Shown one piece after another: positions 1 to 9,233 of a DNA stretch of 42,283 bases; within the stretch, counting starts at the first letter, position 1, and each line of letters begins with the position of its first letter. Source of the DNA: a virus (lineage: Duplodnaviria; Caudoviricetes). The notes beneath the pieces were generated by a model. It ran no database searches. It saw only the letters and a program-made list of their open reading frames with translations, and had not been told where the DNA came from. The position numbers and the translations under genes were made by a program. The stretch spans positions 1 through 42,283 of the IMG/VR virus record IMGVR_UViG_3300027956_000018; one strand, 5' to 3'.

Positions 1-147
1 CGTCCAGGAAGGTCTTCAGTTGACGACCTTGTCCCCGAAAGCGGCCCCCTTCGGTTGTCCCTGGGCGCGGAACTTCAGGGATCCGCCCTGATCGACCCTG
101 AAGGCCTTCTTCTTCCCGGCGACTTCCTTGATCATCATGTTATCGTA
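1..147. repeat. Terminal direct repeat, left copy (circularisation/assembly overlap)
   Basis: 1-147 equals 42136-42283 except one missing C (cagttgacg here vs cagttcgacg at 42157). The repeat lies inside one gene, so the contig closes into a circle of about 42,136 bp. Confidence 0.95.
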
Positions 148-1314
148 ACTTAGGCCGACGGCGTCCCAGTTCGAAAGCCAGGCGTCGGCCGCGAACCCGT
201 CCGCGACGCCTTCGACCTTGCTTGTCGTCAAAAGCGTTTTCGCTTTTTCAAGATCGTCTGTCCATTTCGAAAGAACGGTTCGCTTCCCGTCTTTCCTGAC
301 GAAGTCGACGACGGGCCGGTCTTCAATCCTGGCCAGGCCATAAAGCTTATTTGCAAGAACTTCATTATGGGCGTGATCTTCGTCGACAAACTTCAGATAG
401 AACTTTTCCCCGGCCTTGTTCGCGACCTGTTCGCCTGGGTTCGATCCCAGTTGCGGCCCGACGTTCGTAAAATCCGAATAGTCCGGTTCGACGGCGGCCG
501 AAACGATCGCCTGGGACTGGGCGACTTCGGCGGCCGGTGCTATGACGACGACCGGCGGATCCGGCGTTATGAAGGAAAAGAAGGTCTTCGGAAGGTTCCC
601 GAAGGTGTCGACTTGCTTCTGGGCGCCGTTCGAAATAACCTTGAAGGATCCGACCCAGTCTTTATCGGCCAGGGGAAGAACGATATTTTCTTTCGCGACG
701 CCCTTCGCCGTCTGTTCGGCGATCGCCCTGGCCGTGATCTCTTTATCCGTCAGGACTTCAAGCCCCATTTTCTTGACCTGTCTTTCGGAAACCGACCGGG
801 CGACGCATCTACAATTATGACCGTTCGGCGGGTAGTTCTTCGCCCAGAAGGGATCGTCGAAGGGCGCGACCGTCCCATTCATGATCGCGTGATTCGGGCG
901 AACCCGTTCGTCGCCGAAGGTGACGTATTGAAGGAAAGGCCGGATCGCCTTTACGAAATCCTGCTGATCGAATCGGCCGGTTTGATAAGCGAAATTGATC
1001 GCGTTCCGATAGACGACTTCGGGAACGACGATATTGTTCAAAACTTCAGGCGTGATCATTCGCTTGAAGGCGGCGAAGTCCGTTCCGTTTTCGATCGCGG
1101 TGTTTGCGGCCTTCTGGATCGACAGGATCGCCCGGTTCGACAGGTCGCCCGAAACCGTCCAGGAAGTCAGTTTGTTCGCGAAGTCCTGGGCGTAAAAAGA
1201 AGCCTTGTCCATGACGACGCGGGAACGGGCGCGCGCGATCGAATCCTTTAAAACCTTCGTCATGAAGGTATTTTTGAAGCCAGTCGTCGAAAGCGGCTGA
1301 GTTTTAACGGCCAT
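1..1314 (-). CDS. MuF (Mu gpF / SPP1 gp7-like) head protein fused to an atypical kinase domain; 5' part of a gene continuing across the junction to 39914
   Basis: MuF motifs YRNAINFAYQTGR, GDERVRPNH, FWAKNYPPNGHNCRC. Kinase-like motifs GPQLGSNPG, FYLK, NEVLANKLY, DAWLSNWD, DN, RVDQGGSL. Likely ATG at 1314 after GGAAAGGG. The stop at 16-18 results from the 1-nt deletion in the left repeat copy. Confidence 0.9.
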
Positions 1315-1534
1315 TATCGGCCCTTTCCTGGCCGTTCCCGTTGTCTGCAAAAACATGAAAGACTTGATTCGGAAGAAGGGAAAGCTTGATCCGTTGATAA
1401 ACGTCGCCGTTCCCGTCGTCGCGGAAGGTAAGAACTTCCCCGACCCGATAATAGACCCGGCGCGGCGGATCGCCTGGGCGCCCCTTGTCGACGACTTCGA
1501 CGGAGCAGATCTTTTCTTTCTTCAGAAGCGCCAT
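1304..1534 (-). CDS. Small hypothetical protein between portal and MuF
   Basis: ORF preceded by TCGAAAGG; fills the portal-MuF gap and overlaps the MuF start. Confidence 0.6.
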   Translation of the reverse strand: MALLKKEKICSVEVVDKGRPGDPPRRVYYRVGEVLTFRDDGNGDVYQRIKLSLLPNQVFHVFADNGNGQERADNGR

Positions 1535-1552
1535 AATCAAGCGCCTTTCGAA

Positions 1553-3250
1553 TTAAATCAGTCCTTTTCGAACCCCGTCGTCGCCGACATAATAGGCGAT
1601 ATTGAGGGAATCGGAAAACATTTTCGCGAAGGTCGAAGCGTCGATCACGTTATTTAAGGTCGCCAGGCGAACCGTCATTTCTTCATAGGTTTCCGACGTC
1701 TTCAGGATTTCGGAGATCTTCGCCTTCAGGTCGTCGGAAAGATATGACATTCTTTCGATCGACCCGTCGATAAACTTGTCGATCCCCTTCTGAAGGGTGA
1801 AAGCTTCCCCGAATTCCTGGGCGCCCCCCTTGTCCTGGAAGGTAGATCGGCGACCCTGGGCGCCTTCCCGTTCGGTCTGGGCGGCCCCTGGCGAAGGCCT
1901 GGCGGCCGGTTCCCGGTCTTCCCCTTCGCCTTCCCCGTCCCCGGCCGGGAAACCCTGTCCCAGGGCGCCGGGTGCGGCCGGTTCGACGATTTCGAAGTCG
2001 TCTTCCTTCAGACGATAGGCGCGCGCGATATAATCTTCCGTGAAACGAACCCCGATTTTCTCCGTCAAAAGGCCGTCCCGTTCGGCCAGGTCTTTGTTTA
2101 ATTCCTTTTGATCGATCAGGGACATTACAGGACAAGCGACTTCGACCCCGAAATTCAGGTCGGTAACGATCCGGCCGATCTTCTTCAGCGTCCGTTCGAC
2201 CATTGCCCGGTCTTCGTCCTGAATTGATTCCAGGACGGTTAAATGGGTTTCGGTCGCGGCTTGGGATCCGCTTTCGGAGTTTTCGATCGTCAGGGTTTCC
2301 CCCAGGATCGCCTTCGAAATTTCGATATTCATTGAATTTTTATATGATTTATAGGCGTCGGTCGAAGACGCCTTCCCATTCGCTTCAATGACGTCGATCG
2401 TTTCGTCGCCTTCGGAACGGGTGACGACGACCCCGTTTCGGATCATTCCGGCCAGGTCGTTATGAAAATTCGTCAGGTCGGTATCGGAAGCTTTCGAATT
2501 CATCTTTCCGCGAAGAAAAGGCATCCCGTATTTTTCCAGGAATTCGGCCCAGAAGCGAAGGCCGCCCTTCTTGAATTGATACGGCCAGAAACACCTTTTC
2601 GCGGCCCGTTCCCCGTATGGGTTCCGATAGCTTCCTTCATTGACGACGGCGACGAACTTGTTCGGCGGAAGGTCGACAAGGTCGAACCCCCAGGATTGAT
2701 TGACCGACTTCGCCTTCAGGATCCCGTCTTCGTTATAGACGAACCATTCGAAGGGCTTCGCCATGACGTTTTGAAGAACGATCTGGCCGTTCGGCCGGTC
2801 GGAAGTGATCGGAAGGCGGTTGTAAAAAAGTTCAAGATAGGTCGCCCCGTAAAAGGGCGCGTCAAGAATTTCGTTGACGACTTCAGGAAGGCGTTCGATC
2901 TTGCTGAATTGTTCTTCGACCATGTCGCGCGCGGCGTCCGCCTTCGCGTCGCCCGGCTTGCCCGACAGGATCGTCAATTTCATTCGCTTGACCCGGCTTT
3001 TCCGTTGCATGACGGATCCCGCGACATGAGAATCGGCCATAAGATCGTAGTATGTCGCGGCCGTCAGTCCGGCCTTCTGAAGGACGACGTCGGGATCGGG
3101 AAGAAGGCCATTCAGGAAGACCGTGAAAAGTTCCATGTCCTTCATTTTCAGGAAATGTTCATTCGCCTTCCCCGAATCGGAAGCGCGCGCGTTTCTTTCG
3201 CCCGAAAGTTTTGTCTGAAGCGATTTCCAGAAATCATATAAGGCCGACAT
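1553..3250 (-). CDS. Portal protein, Mu gp29/DUF935-like
   Basis: Motifs ILDAPFYG, NPYGE, FWAEFLEKYGMP, ISKAILGETLT; directly downstream of the terminase. Confidence 0.9.
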   Translation of the reverse strand: MSALYDFWKSLQTKLSGERNARASDSGKANEHFLKMKDMELFTVFLNGLLPDPDVVLQKAGLTAATYYDLMADSHVAGSVMQRKSRVKRMKLTILSGKPGDAKADAARDMVEEQFSKIERLPEVVNEILDAPFYGATYLELFYNRLPITSDRPNGQIVLQNVMAKPFEWFVYNEDGILKAKSVNQSWGFDLVDLPPNKFVAVVNEGSYRNPYGERAAKRCFWPYQFKKGGLRFWAEFLEKYGMPFLRGKMNSKASDTDLTNFHNDLAGMIRNGVVVTRSEGDETIDVIEANGKASSTDAYKSYKNSMNIEISKAILGETLTIENSESGSQAATETHLTVLESIQDEDRAMVERTLKKIGRIVTDLNFGVEVACPVMSLIDQKELNKDLAERDGLLTEKIGVRFTEDYIARAYRLKEDDFEIVEPAAPGALGQGFPAGDGEGEGEDREPAARPSPGAAQTEREGAQGRRSTFQDKGGAQEFGEAFTLQKGIDKFIDGSIERMSYLSDDLKAKISEILKTSETYEEMTVRLATLNNVIDASTFAKMFSDSLNIAYYVGDDGVRKGLI

Positions 3251-3286
3251 TTTGACCCCTTTTGTTGACGTCTTTTGAAATATAAA

Positions 3287-5065
3287 TTAAAATCCCCTGG
3301 CTTCAAAGCGCCGAAGACTTACCCTTTCCGGCTTCCCGATCGGCTTTTCCCTGGGCTTCCCGCCCTGGCGCGCGGCCGTCTGGGCGATCGCAAGCGACAT
3401 GACGCGATCGTCATGATTGATCCCAGTCGATCCCAGTTTCCCGTTATTGTTTTCATAGGTCGACAATTCCGTGAAATGGTTAAGACTTTCCGTTCGAAGT
3501 TCGCCGTTCCGAAGGGCTTCGTCAAGGTCGCCCGTTAGGGTGAACTTGTTTGAAGCGGAAGTCAGCCATCCGTCTTTTTTATCATGACCCTTGAAAAGAC
3601 GGTGATATTTGAAACGGTTCTTCAGATCCAGGATAACCCCCAGGCCGTCTTTGTTCCGTTCGATCGCCAGTTCGGCCCCGTCGTCATACCACAAGGCCAG
3701 GAGAAGGATTTTATATCCGAAGACGTCGGGCGAAAAATGGCCGTGAAGGGCGGCCGCATGAGTTCCGGCGACGCCCGTCGGATCCCGAAGGATAACGTCG
3801 GCCGATGAATAGTCGCCCCTTTCCAGGCCTTCGGCAAGGTCGACCCCTATAAAGGAACGGTTTTCCCAGACCGGCTTCGTCGGAAACGCCCAGACTTCAA
3901 GTTCGTATTCGGCGCCCTTGTCGACTTCAATGAAACGCGGCTTCGGATCGTCTTCGTCCCCGTCGTTCACAAGATAGCCCCGTATTCCGTCCCGCGTCGC
4001 GGCCGAACCGGCTTCAATCATGGAAGCGTCGAAGCGACAGAAACCCGATCCTAAATAATTTATATCAAGTTCCTGGGCGACTTCGCGCGCGGAAATATAG
4101 GAAAGACATTTTCCGTCATACCAGGGCGACCGAAGCTTCGATTCCGTTACCTTCCCGGCCGCGTCTACAAGATAGCCGTTTTTACTGATCCGGCTTTCTG
4201 GAAGGTCTGGACATTCGACCCTTTCGCCTTGCGGACTGAAATAATAAAGGTCTTCCCGTTTCCCTGGGATCCGCGTCCAGTGGAAAGTATGAATTCGACA
4301 AAGACCGCGATCGCGAATTGCCTTGAACAGGTTGATCCCCTTCGGCGTCGAAACCCTTTGAATAGTGTTTGTCGTTTCCTGAAGGGCCGTTTCTATCCCC
4401 TGAATTATTCGGGCGTTTACTGAAGCGTGTTCGTCTACAAAGACGGCGGTCTTCCGGCCCGATCGCCCGGCGTCCATCGTCGTCGCCTGGCCGACGATCG
4501 AATTCCCGTTGTCTGGGTTCTTCAGCGTCATATACTTTGAATGACGGCGCGGATCCCATTCGATCGGCCGCATCCAAAAGGGAAGGCGATCATTCATATA
4601 CCGAAGCTTTCCAAACATGGACGACGGCGTCGGATTGTCGACTTCGTCTTCCTTCATGGAAAGAAGAAGGGCTTCGAACGATTCGCCGAATATGAATTCA
4701 TGAAGATAGGTTCCCAGGATCAAATAAGTGACCCCGGTTTCCCGCGACTTCTCCGTCAGGGATCCGATCCCGATCTTTATTTCTTCAAGGTATGAAAGGA
4801 TTAATTCGGCCTGGAAATCATAGGGAATAAATGGAAAGTGATTCGGTTCAATCTTCGGGTTATACGTCCAGAGAAGATATTTAAAAAAGAAGACGATATC
4901 CCGGCGCGCCAGGTTATAGACTTCCCTTTGAACGGCCGGGTTCGTTTCCGCTTCGGAAAGGAATTCGATCCGGCGGTCAAGGTTCTTCTTGAAATCAGTA
5001 GGAAGCCAGGACGTTCGCGAGATCGCGCGCGCGTTTTGCGGCGTCGTCTGGGGTGTCGTTTCCAT
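3287..5065 (-). CDS. terL: Terminase large subunit
   Basis: Q-motif PYDFQ, Walker A EKSRETGVT, Walker B VFVDEHA, STPKG, RNase H-like GVDLAEG and HDDRVMS. Confidence 0.92.
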   Translation of the reverse strand: METTPQTTPQNARAISRTSWLPTDFKKNLDRRIEFLSEAETNPAVQREVYNLARRDIVFFFKYLLWTYNPKIEPNHFPFIPYDFQAELILSYLEEIKIGIGSLTEKSRETGVTYLILGTYLHEFIFGESFEALLLSMKEDEVDNPTPSSMFGKLRYMNDRLPFWMRPIEWDPRRHSKYMTLKNPDNGNSIVGQATTMDAGRSGRKTAVFVDEHASVNARIIQGIETALQETTNTIQRVSTPKGINLFKAIRDRGLCRIHTFHWTRIPGKREDLYYFSPQGERVECPDLPESRISKNGYLVDAAGKVTESKLRSPWYDGKCLSYISAREVAQELDINYLGSGFCRFDASMIEAGSAATRDGIRGYLVNDGDEDDPKPRFIEVDKGAEYELEVWAFPTKPVWENRSFIGVDLAEGLERGDYSSADVILRDPTGVAGTHAAALHGHFSPDVFGYKILLLALWYDDGAELAIERNKDGLGVILDLKNRFKYHRLFKGHDKKDGWLTSASNKFTLTGDLDEALRNGELRTESLNHFTELSTYENNNGKLGSTGINHDDRVMSLAIAQTAARQGGKPREKPIGKPERVSLRRFEARGF

Positions 5066-5558
5066 TCGAAAGGCGTTCCTTCAATTTCCTGAAGTCGACG
5101 CGGCCTTCGACTTCATGGACGTTTTTAAATTCGCCTGAAATTTCGAAGAAGGTTTTGACGTCCAGGCCGTTCGGGTTCGGCCGCATGACCCGACGGGCGA
5201 AACGACCGGCGACGACTTCGCAAGCGACCCGAAGCCTTTTCCGCCATTTCGAAAAGTCGAAGTCGTTTAAATGGCTTGAAACCGCGTTGACCGAAAGTTT
5301 TATTCCGTTCGCCTGAAGCTTCCTGGAAATGGCGACAGACGAAGGAATGACGCCCCGTTCGTCGACAATGGAAACATAAGCGGCGACAATGTATTGGTGA
5401 TTCCGAAGCCAGTCCTTCCGCGCGTCTTTGGGGACATTCAGAAAGTCGTCTTCGGCGAACTGAAGAAGCGAATTCATGTCGGCGTAATTCTTGTTGAACT
5501 TCGCCTTCTTGCTTTCTTTCTTCTTACAGGTTTTTACAGGTTTTGTTTTTTCGGCCAT
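4995..5558 (-). CDS. Putative terminase small subunit
   Basis: Immediately upstream of and overlapping terL; basic and helical, with its own SD and promoter. Positional call. Confidence 0.55.
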   Translation of the reverse strand: MAEKTKPVKTCKKKESKKAKFNKNYADMNSLLQFAEDDFLNVPKDARKDWLRNHQYIVAAYVSIVDERGVIPSSVAISRKLQANGIKLSVNAVSSHLNDFDFSKWRKRLRVACEVVAGRFARRVMRPNPNGLDVKTFFEISGEFKNVHEVEGRVDFRKLKERLSNGNDTPDDAAKRARDLANVLASY

Positions 5559-5578
5559 GCCCGGCCCCTTTCGAATAT

Positions 5579-5606
5579 AAGATAGATAAAATCAATGAAT
5601 TGTCAA
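5579..5606 (-). promoter_or_regulatory. Sigma70-like promoter for the packaging/head operon
   Basis: TTGACA-N16-TATCTT upstream of the terS candidate. Confidence 0.55.
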
Positions 5607-5621
5607 AACCGGCTTCGCCCT

Positions 5622-5801
5622 TCAGTCTTCAAGTTCTTCGGCCAGGCGTTCCCATATCCGGCCCAGGCCTTCGCGTTCAAGGCTTTCCGTGACCCGTTCG
5701 TCCTGTTTATTCTCCGTCAGGACAAGATAAGCCAGGGCGGTTTTAAGCTTCTTCGCTTCGTCTTTCGTCAGGAAAAGGACGACTGAATCTTCTTTCGGCA
5801 T
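5622..5801 (-). CDS. Small hypothetical protein (59 aa, MPKEDSVVLFLTKDEAKKL...)
   Basis: Translated by hand, below the ORF-track cutoff; fills the gap with genome-typical codons. Confidence 0.6.
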   Translation of the reverse strand: MPKEDSVVLFLTKDEAKKLKTALAYLVLTENKQDERVTESLEREGLGRIWERLAEELED

Positions 5802-5804
5802 GAT

Positions 5805-6293
5805 CTAAAGATAAATGTTTCCGGCGCGATCAAGGTATATAACCGGAATCCCAATTTCCTTCGCGATCGCGATCTCCGCGTTGACCCCTTTTGAAATTTT
5901 CCATCCTGGAAGGCGAAGGACGAATATTTGCGAACAGACCGAAAGATAGGCGCGATCGATCTTCTCCCAAAATTCCCAGGACGTCGGAAGCTTCCCGGCT
6001 TCGGCGATCGGGTGAAAGTGAGAGATCGGAGAAAAGACGACGTAACCGGCGTTGACCATTTTCGCGGCCATTTCGTTCGCTTCAAGAAAACGGGCCGTCA
6101 TAACAAGCGGATTCGGATCCGAGTAAGGACAAGCTAAATAGACAAGCGGCTTCTTTTTCAACGGTTCGCCCTTCTTTTCTGAAGTCTGAAATCCGGCTTC
6201 GATCGCCATTTTCAAAAGGCGCCTATATCCCGGCGAAACTTTGTTCGCCTGGCTTAAAGCTTCCAGTCTTTCAAGGGCTTGTTTCTTTTTCAT
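5805..6293 (-). CDS. DUF1937 / nucleoside 2-deoxyribosyltransferase-like protein
   Basis: Motifs VYLACPYS, VFSPISHFHP, LPGWKISKGVNAEIAIA; start chosen after an AAAGGG SD. Confidence 0.75.
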   Translation of the reverse strand: MKKKQALERLEALSQANKVSPGYRRLLKMAIEAGFQTSEKKGEPLKKKPLVYLACPYSDPNPLVMTARFLEANEMAAKMVNAGYVVFSPISHFHPIAEAGKLPTSWEFWEKIDRAYLSVCSQIFVLRLPGWKISKGVNAEIAIAKEIGIPVIYLDRAGNIYL

Positions 6294-6858
6294 GGGTTTC
6301 CCTTTTTTTGAGTTCTTCATGAAGTTCGCGCGCGATCCTTTTCAAAGACCAATGTTTCGCATGGATCGAATTCAGGAACTTCGAATAATGATCCGGCTTC
6401 GCTTTTTCCTTGTGAAGTTTCGGCGCTGTTCTTTCGATCCTTGCGGAATAGTGTTCGTTTATGATTATTAGCCCGGCGTATTTCGGAAGGTCTTCGGGCT
6501 TTATGACGCCTTCAGGACAAGCATAATAGAAATAGTTCGGCCTGGAAATGGCGTATTTCCCGCGTTCGTTTAGTCCGCGTTTCCAGTATTCGCCCCCGAT
6601 TGAATGATTGATCATTCTCAATTCGTTTTCCGACGGTTCGCGTTCGCCATGTTCAAGCCCCAGGTGTTTTTCGGCCTTCTTGAAATCGGCGCGGAAGTCG
6701 GCCCTTGAAATCTTGATTTCAATTTCGGTAATATATCCGGCCCTGGAAACGACAAGAAGATCCGATTCCCAGGGATAGATATAAATATTCGGGAAAAGTT
6801 GATAACCCTGAAGGTAGTAATTATAAAGGATTTCCTGGATCAGGGATTCGTCGATCAT
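6271..6858 (-). CDS. PD-(D/E)XK nuclease-like protein (MmcB-like)
   Basis: ESDLL..EIEIKISRADFRADFKK, PNYFYYACP, LPKYAGLI; ATGA overlap at 6855-6858. Confidence 0.7.
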   Translation of the reverse strand: MIDESLIQEILYNYYLQGYQLFPNIYIYPWESDLLVVSRAGYITEIEIKISRADFRADFKKAEKHLGLEHGEREPSENELRMINHSIGGEYWKRGLNERGKYAISRPNYFYYACPEGVIKPEDLPKYAGLIIINEHYSARIERTAPKLHKEKAKPDHYSKFLNSIHAKHWSLKRIARELHEELKKRETHEKETSP

Positions 6859-7028
6859 CCGATCGGCCTTCCGTCGGTCGAAGCTTTTGTCGGCTTCGCG
6901 ACGTTGTCGCCTTCGCAATTAGGACAACCGTATTTCCCCAGGGAAGCGGGAAAAATTGTCCCGCATTTACATTTATAATCTTCGGCGACAGGTTCGACGC
7001 CCAGATTCCGGCCGGGCGCCTTCTTCAT
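6855..7028 (-). CDS. Small zinc-ribbon protein (57 aa)
   Basis: Hand translation MKKAPGRNLGVEPVAEDYKCKCGTIFPASLGKYGCPNCEG..., containing CxC and CPNC; overlaps both neighbours. Confidence 0.65.
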   Translation of the reverse strand: MKKAPGRNLGVEPVAEDYKCKCGTIFPASLGKYGCPNCEGDNVAKPTKASTDGRPIG

Positions 7029-7552
7029 AACGAGATCCGTTCCTGGGCCGGATCGGCGTCGGGCGTCATTGAAGAAGCGGCCGTCGGAAGGCCGAAGGGT
7101 TTCGCCTTCGAAAAGTCTTCCCTTGTCCCGTCCAGGACGACAATCATGGAATCATGCATACCGCATTTATTTTCGACGAAGTCGCCCTTCGTATTGCGGC
7201 CGGAAAACTTCAGGCGGCCGCGAATGAAGCGGATCGCCGTCGCCCAGGGAAGTATTTCTTCATGAAAGATTTTCGTCGAAGTCGAAACGGGAAGAAGAAG
7301 GACACACAAGGCGCCCCCCTTCGCTTCGGCGATCGCCCGGCGAATGAAGGCTTCTTTCAATAGCCTGGAATAAGGCGGATTGATGAAATTGCGTTTCCCC
7401 CAGGGGATCCGAAGGCCGTCGTTTTCAGGAGTGATCGGCGTCGACGACAGAGGACAAGGATCGAAGTCGAATTGAAATTCCCTGTCAAGCATAAATAGGA
7501 AATCTTTCGGCGTCGCCCAGTTGTCGGAAGCTTCAAGGTTCCGGTCTTTCAT
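7025..7552 (-). CDS. Phage DNA N6-adenine methyltransferase (phage Dam-like family)
   Basis: DNWATP, FDFDPC, catalytic FINPPYS, IRFIRGRLKF. Confidence 0.88.
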   Translation of the reverse strand: MKDRNLEASDNWATPKDFLFMLDREFQFDFDPCPLSSTPITPENDGLRIPWGKRNFINPPYSRLLKEAFIRRAIAEAKGGALCVLLLPVSTSTKIFHEEILPWATAIRFIRGRLKFSGRNTKGDFVENKCGMHDSMIVVLDGTREDFSKAKPFGLPTAASSMTPDADPAQERISL

Positions 7553-7642
7553 GGCTTTCCTTTCGAAGAAGATTTTTGAATTTTCCAGGCCTTCGCCTGA
7601 AGTAGAATATAAAAGATTAAATAATCATATCGATCGGCCGTG

Positions 7643-7795
7643 TCAATTCTTTTCCGATTCTGACGGTTCTTCAATTGCCTTCCATATTCGTTTCCATAGG
7701 TCGACGTCTTTTTCGGCGATAACTTCTTCGACTTTTTGGCCCAGACCCAGGCGGAAATAAAATACCTGTCTTAATAAAAACCTTAATTCGTCCAT
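7643..7795 (-). CDS. Small hypothetical protein (50 aa)
   Basis: Hand translation MDELRFLLRQVFYFRLGLG...; TGATG overlap with the upstream gene. Confidence 0.5.
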   Translation of the reverse strand: MDELRFLLRQVFYFRLGLGQKVEEVIAEKDVDLWKRIWKAIEEPSESEKN

Positions 7796-7986
7796 CAATC
7801 TACCTTTCGAATAGGGTTTCGAAGCTTAATGGCGGTTCGTTCTTCCTTTATCTCTTTTCTTAGGGCGACGCCTTCTTCGTATCTTGTCGACTTCCATCCA
7901 TGTGATTCGGCATAGGTAACGACTTCATTCAATTCGTCCTGAAGAAGTTCTATATACGAATCAAGAAGGCCGACAAGTCTTTTCAT
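7795..7986 (-). CDS. Hypothetical protein
   Basis: ORF in a tightly coupled minus-strand gene string. Confidence 0.65.
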   Translation of the reverse strand: MKRLVGLLDSYIELLQDELNEVVTYAESHGWKSTRYEEGVALRKEIKEERTAIKLRNPIRKVD

Positions 7987-8213
7987 TTGTCCGGTCTTTT
8001 TGCCGTGATCGTCCGTTCGAAATATTTAGGCGGATAGCAATCGACCCGAATGATCGCGTCGTCGACGGCGCCCCTGACGTAGATTTGAGGAGAGAAACCG
8101 GCTTCCTGACATTCTTTGCAAGCGGCGATCACTTCCGCGCGCGTCATTTCTTTAGGGAGAAACGGCTTGCAAGCGGCCAGGAGAAGGATCGCGAACAGGG
8201 CGGCGGCCTTCAT
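7983..8213 (-). CDS. Small predicted lipoprotein
   Basis: Signal peptide II-like N-terminus MKAAALFAILLLAAC (lipobox LAAC). Confidence 0.65.
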   Translation of the reverse strand: MKAAALFAILLLAACKPFLPKEMTRAEVIAACKECQEAGFSPQIYVRGAVDDAIIRVDCYPPKYFERTITAKRPDK

Positions 8214-8569
8214 AGCGAACCCCTGAAGGCCGTTCGAAGTGCGTCGATCGCTTCGTCTATTGCTTTTATGTCGACACTGAAAAGGCCTTCTTCGTTTTCG
8301 GCGTCGGAAAGGGCGACGTCGATCAGGCGTTCGTTTTCCCGAAGTTTCTTCCTGAAGGAAAGCAAAACCTGGGCGGCCTGGCTTTCAAAAAGCTTTGTAT
8401 CAACAAAATCGATCGCCTTCGCTTCGGGTTCGATCTCCGACGGCTGAAGGGCGACCGACTTTTCCTTCAGCCTGGGCGGCCCGACAAGCGTCGGCCCCCC
8501 GAAAGGTTCTTGAATTCCGACTTCGATTTCTTCGACTTGCTTCATTCGATTAAGCCTGTCTTCGTCCAT
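8210..8569 (-). CDS. Hypothetical protein
   Basis: Coupled ORF with typical codon usage. Confidence 0.65.
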   Translation of the reverse strand: MDEDRLNRMKQVEEIEVGIQEPFGGPTLVGPPRLKEKSVALQPSEIEPEAKAIDFVDTKLFESQAAQVLLSFRKKLRENERLIDVALSDAENEEGLFSVDIKAIDEAIDALRTAFRGSL

Positions 8570-8802
8570 TAGATCGCCCCTTCCTTGATTAATCTGAAAA
8601 GCGCCCGGCCGGTTTCGGTATTTAGTCCCTTTATGAAAAACAAAAGATCTTCTTCGATCAAGCGATTAGCGGCCCGAAGGGCGTCGTTCATGTCAAGAAG
8701 TTCGCGAACGACGGCCAGGGCGAAGCGCCTATCTTCAGCCCGTCGACATTCAGGACAATATCGGCGAAGCGAAAGCGTCTTGTGTTTTAAACAAAGCTTC
8801 AT
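8569..8802 (-). CDS. Hypothetical protein with possible Zn-binding CxxH...CxxC
   Basis: CLKH...CPEC at the N-terminus; coupled ORF. Confidence 0.6.
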   Translation of the reverse strand: MKLCLKHKTLSLRRYCPECRRAEDRRFALAVVRELLDMNDALRAANRLIEEDLLFFIKGLNTETGRALFRLIKEGAI

Positions 8803-9233
8803 TCGGCCAGGCGCGCGAAGACCTTTCCGTCGCCCCTTATGAATTCAATCTTCATTTTCTCCGACGCCTTGATCGAAGCGACCGCGACTTCGACGGATAT
8901 TTCCTTCGACTTGAAGGCGCCCAGGACATGAAGAAGCCCCTTGAAAACAGAGAAGACCAGGGAAGCGTTTTTAAGTTCGGTCGCCGTCTGTTTATATCCG
9001 GTCTGGGACTGAAGTTCCTGAAGAAGTCTTGTGATTTCTTCTGTGTTTGAATTCGGCGCGGCCGCCGGGAAGTCCAGGTCGCGGATCGTCTGTTCGGGCG
9101 CGCCTTTCTTTTCCAGGCCTTCGACTATTCGATTCAGGCGTTCGACCGACTGTTGAAGCGTCGGATCGGTCGGCCTGTTTATCGGTTGCCGGATCCGAAG
9201 GGCGCCGGTTGATTGACTTTGTCCGTCGGGCAT
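8799..9233 (-). CDS. Hypothetical protein
   Basis: ORF preceded by AAAGGGG and coupled to its neighbours. Confidence 0.65.
   Translation of the reverse strand: MPDGQSQSTGALRIRQPINRPTDPTLQQSVERLNRIVEGLEKKGAPEQTIRDLDFPAAAPNSNTEEITRLLQELQSQTGYKQTATELKNASLVFSVFKGLLHVLGAFKSKEISVEVAVASIKASEKMKIEFIRGDGKVFARLAE

Noticed and set aside
16-22. Apparent stop/frameshift truncating the MuF-kinase ORF (pseudogene or phase variation)
   Set aside because: The other copy of the same sequence (42157) has the extra C and an open frame. The deletion is 21 nt from the contig end and not in a homopolymer, so an end-of-contig error is more likely; reads would settle it.
1-147. Biological terminal repeat or att site
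   Set aside because: It falls mid-gene and has a length typical of assembly overlaps, so it indicates circularity only.
719-726. Frequent GCGATCGC (cyanobacterial HIP1) suggesting a cyanobacterial host
   Set aside because: It can be explained by the general CGATCG/GATC/TCGA enrichment; there are no other cyanophage indicators, so no host is assigned.
4130-4260. Intein or intron in terL
   Set aside because: The extra segment is only about 40 aa, in frame, and lacks intein (C/S...HN) or homing-endonuclease motifs.
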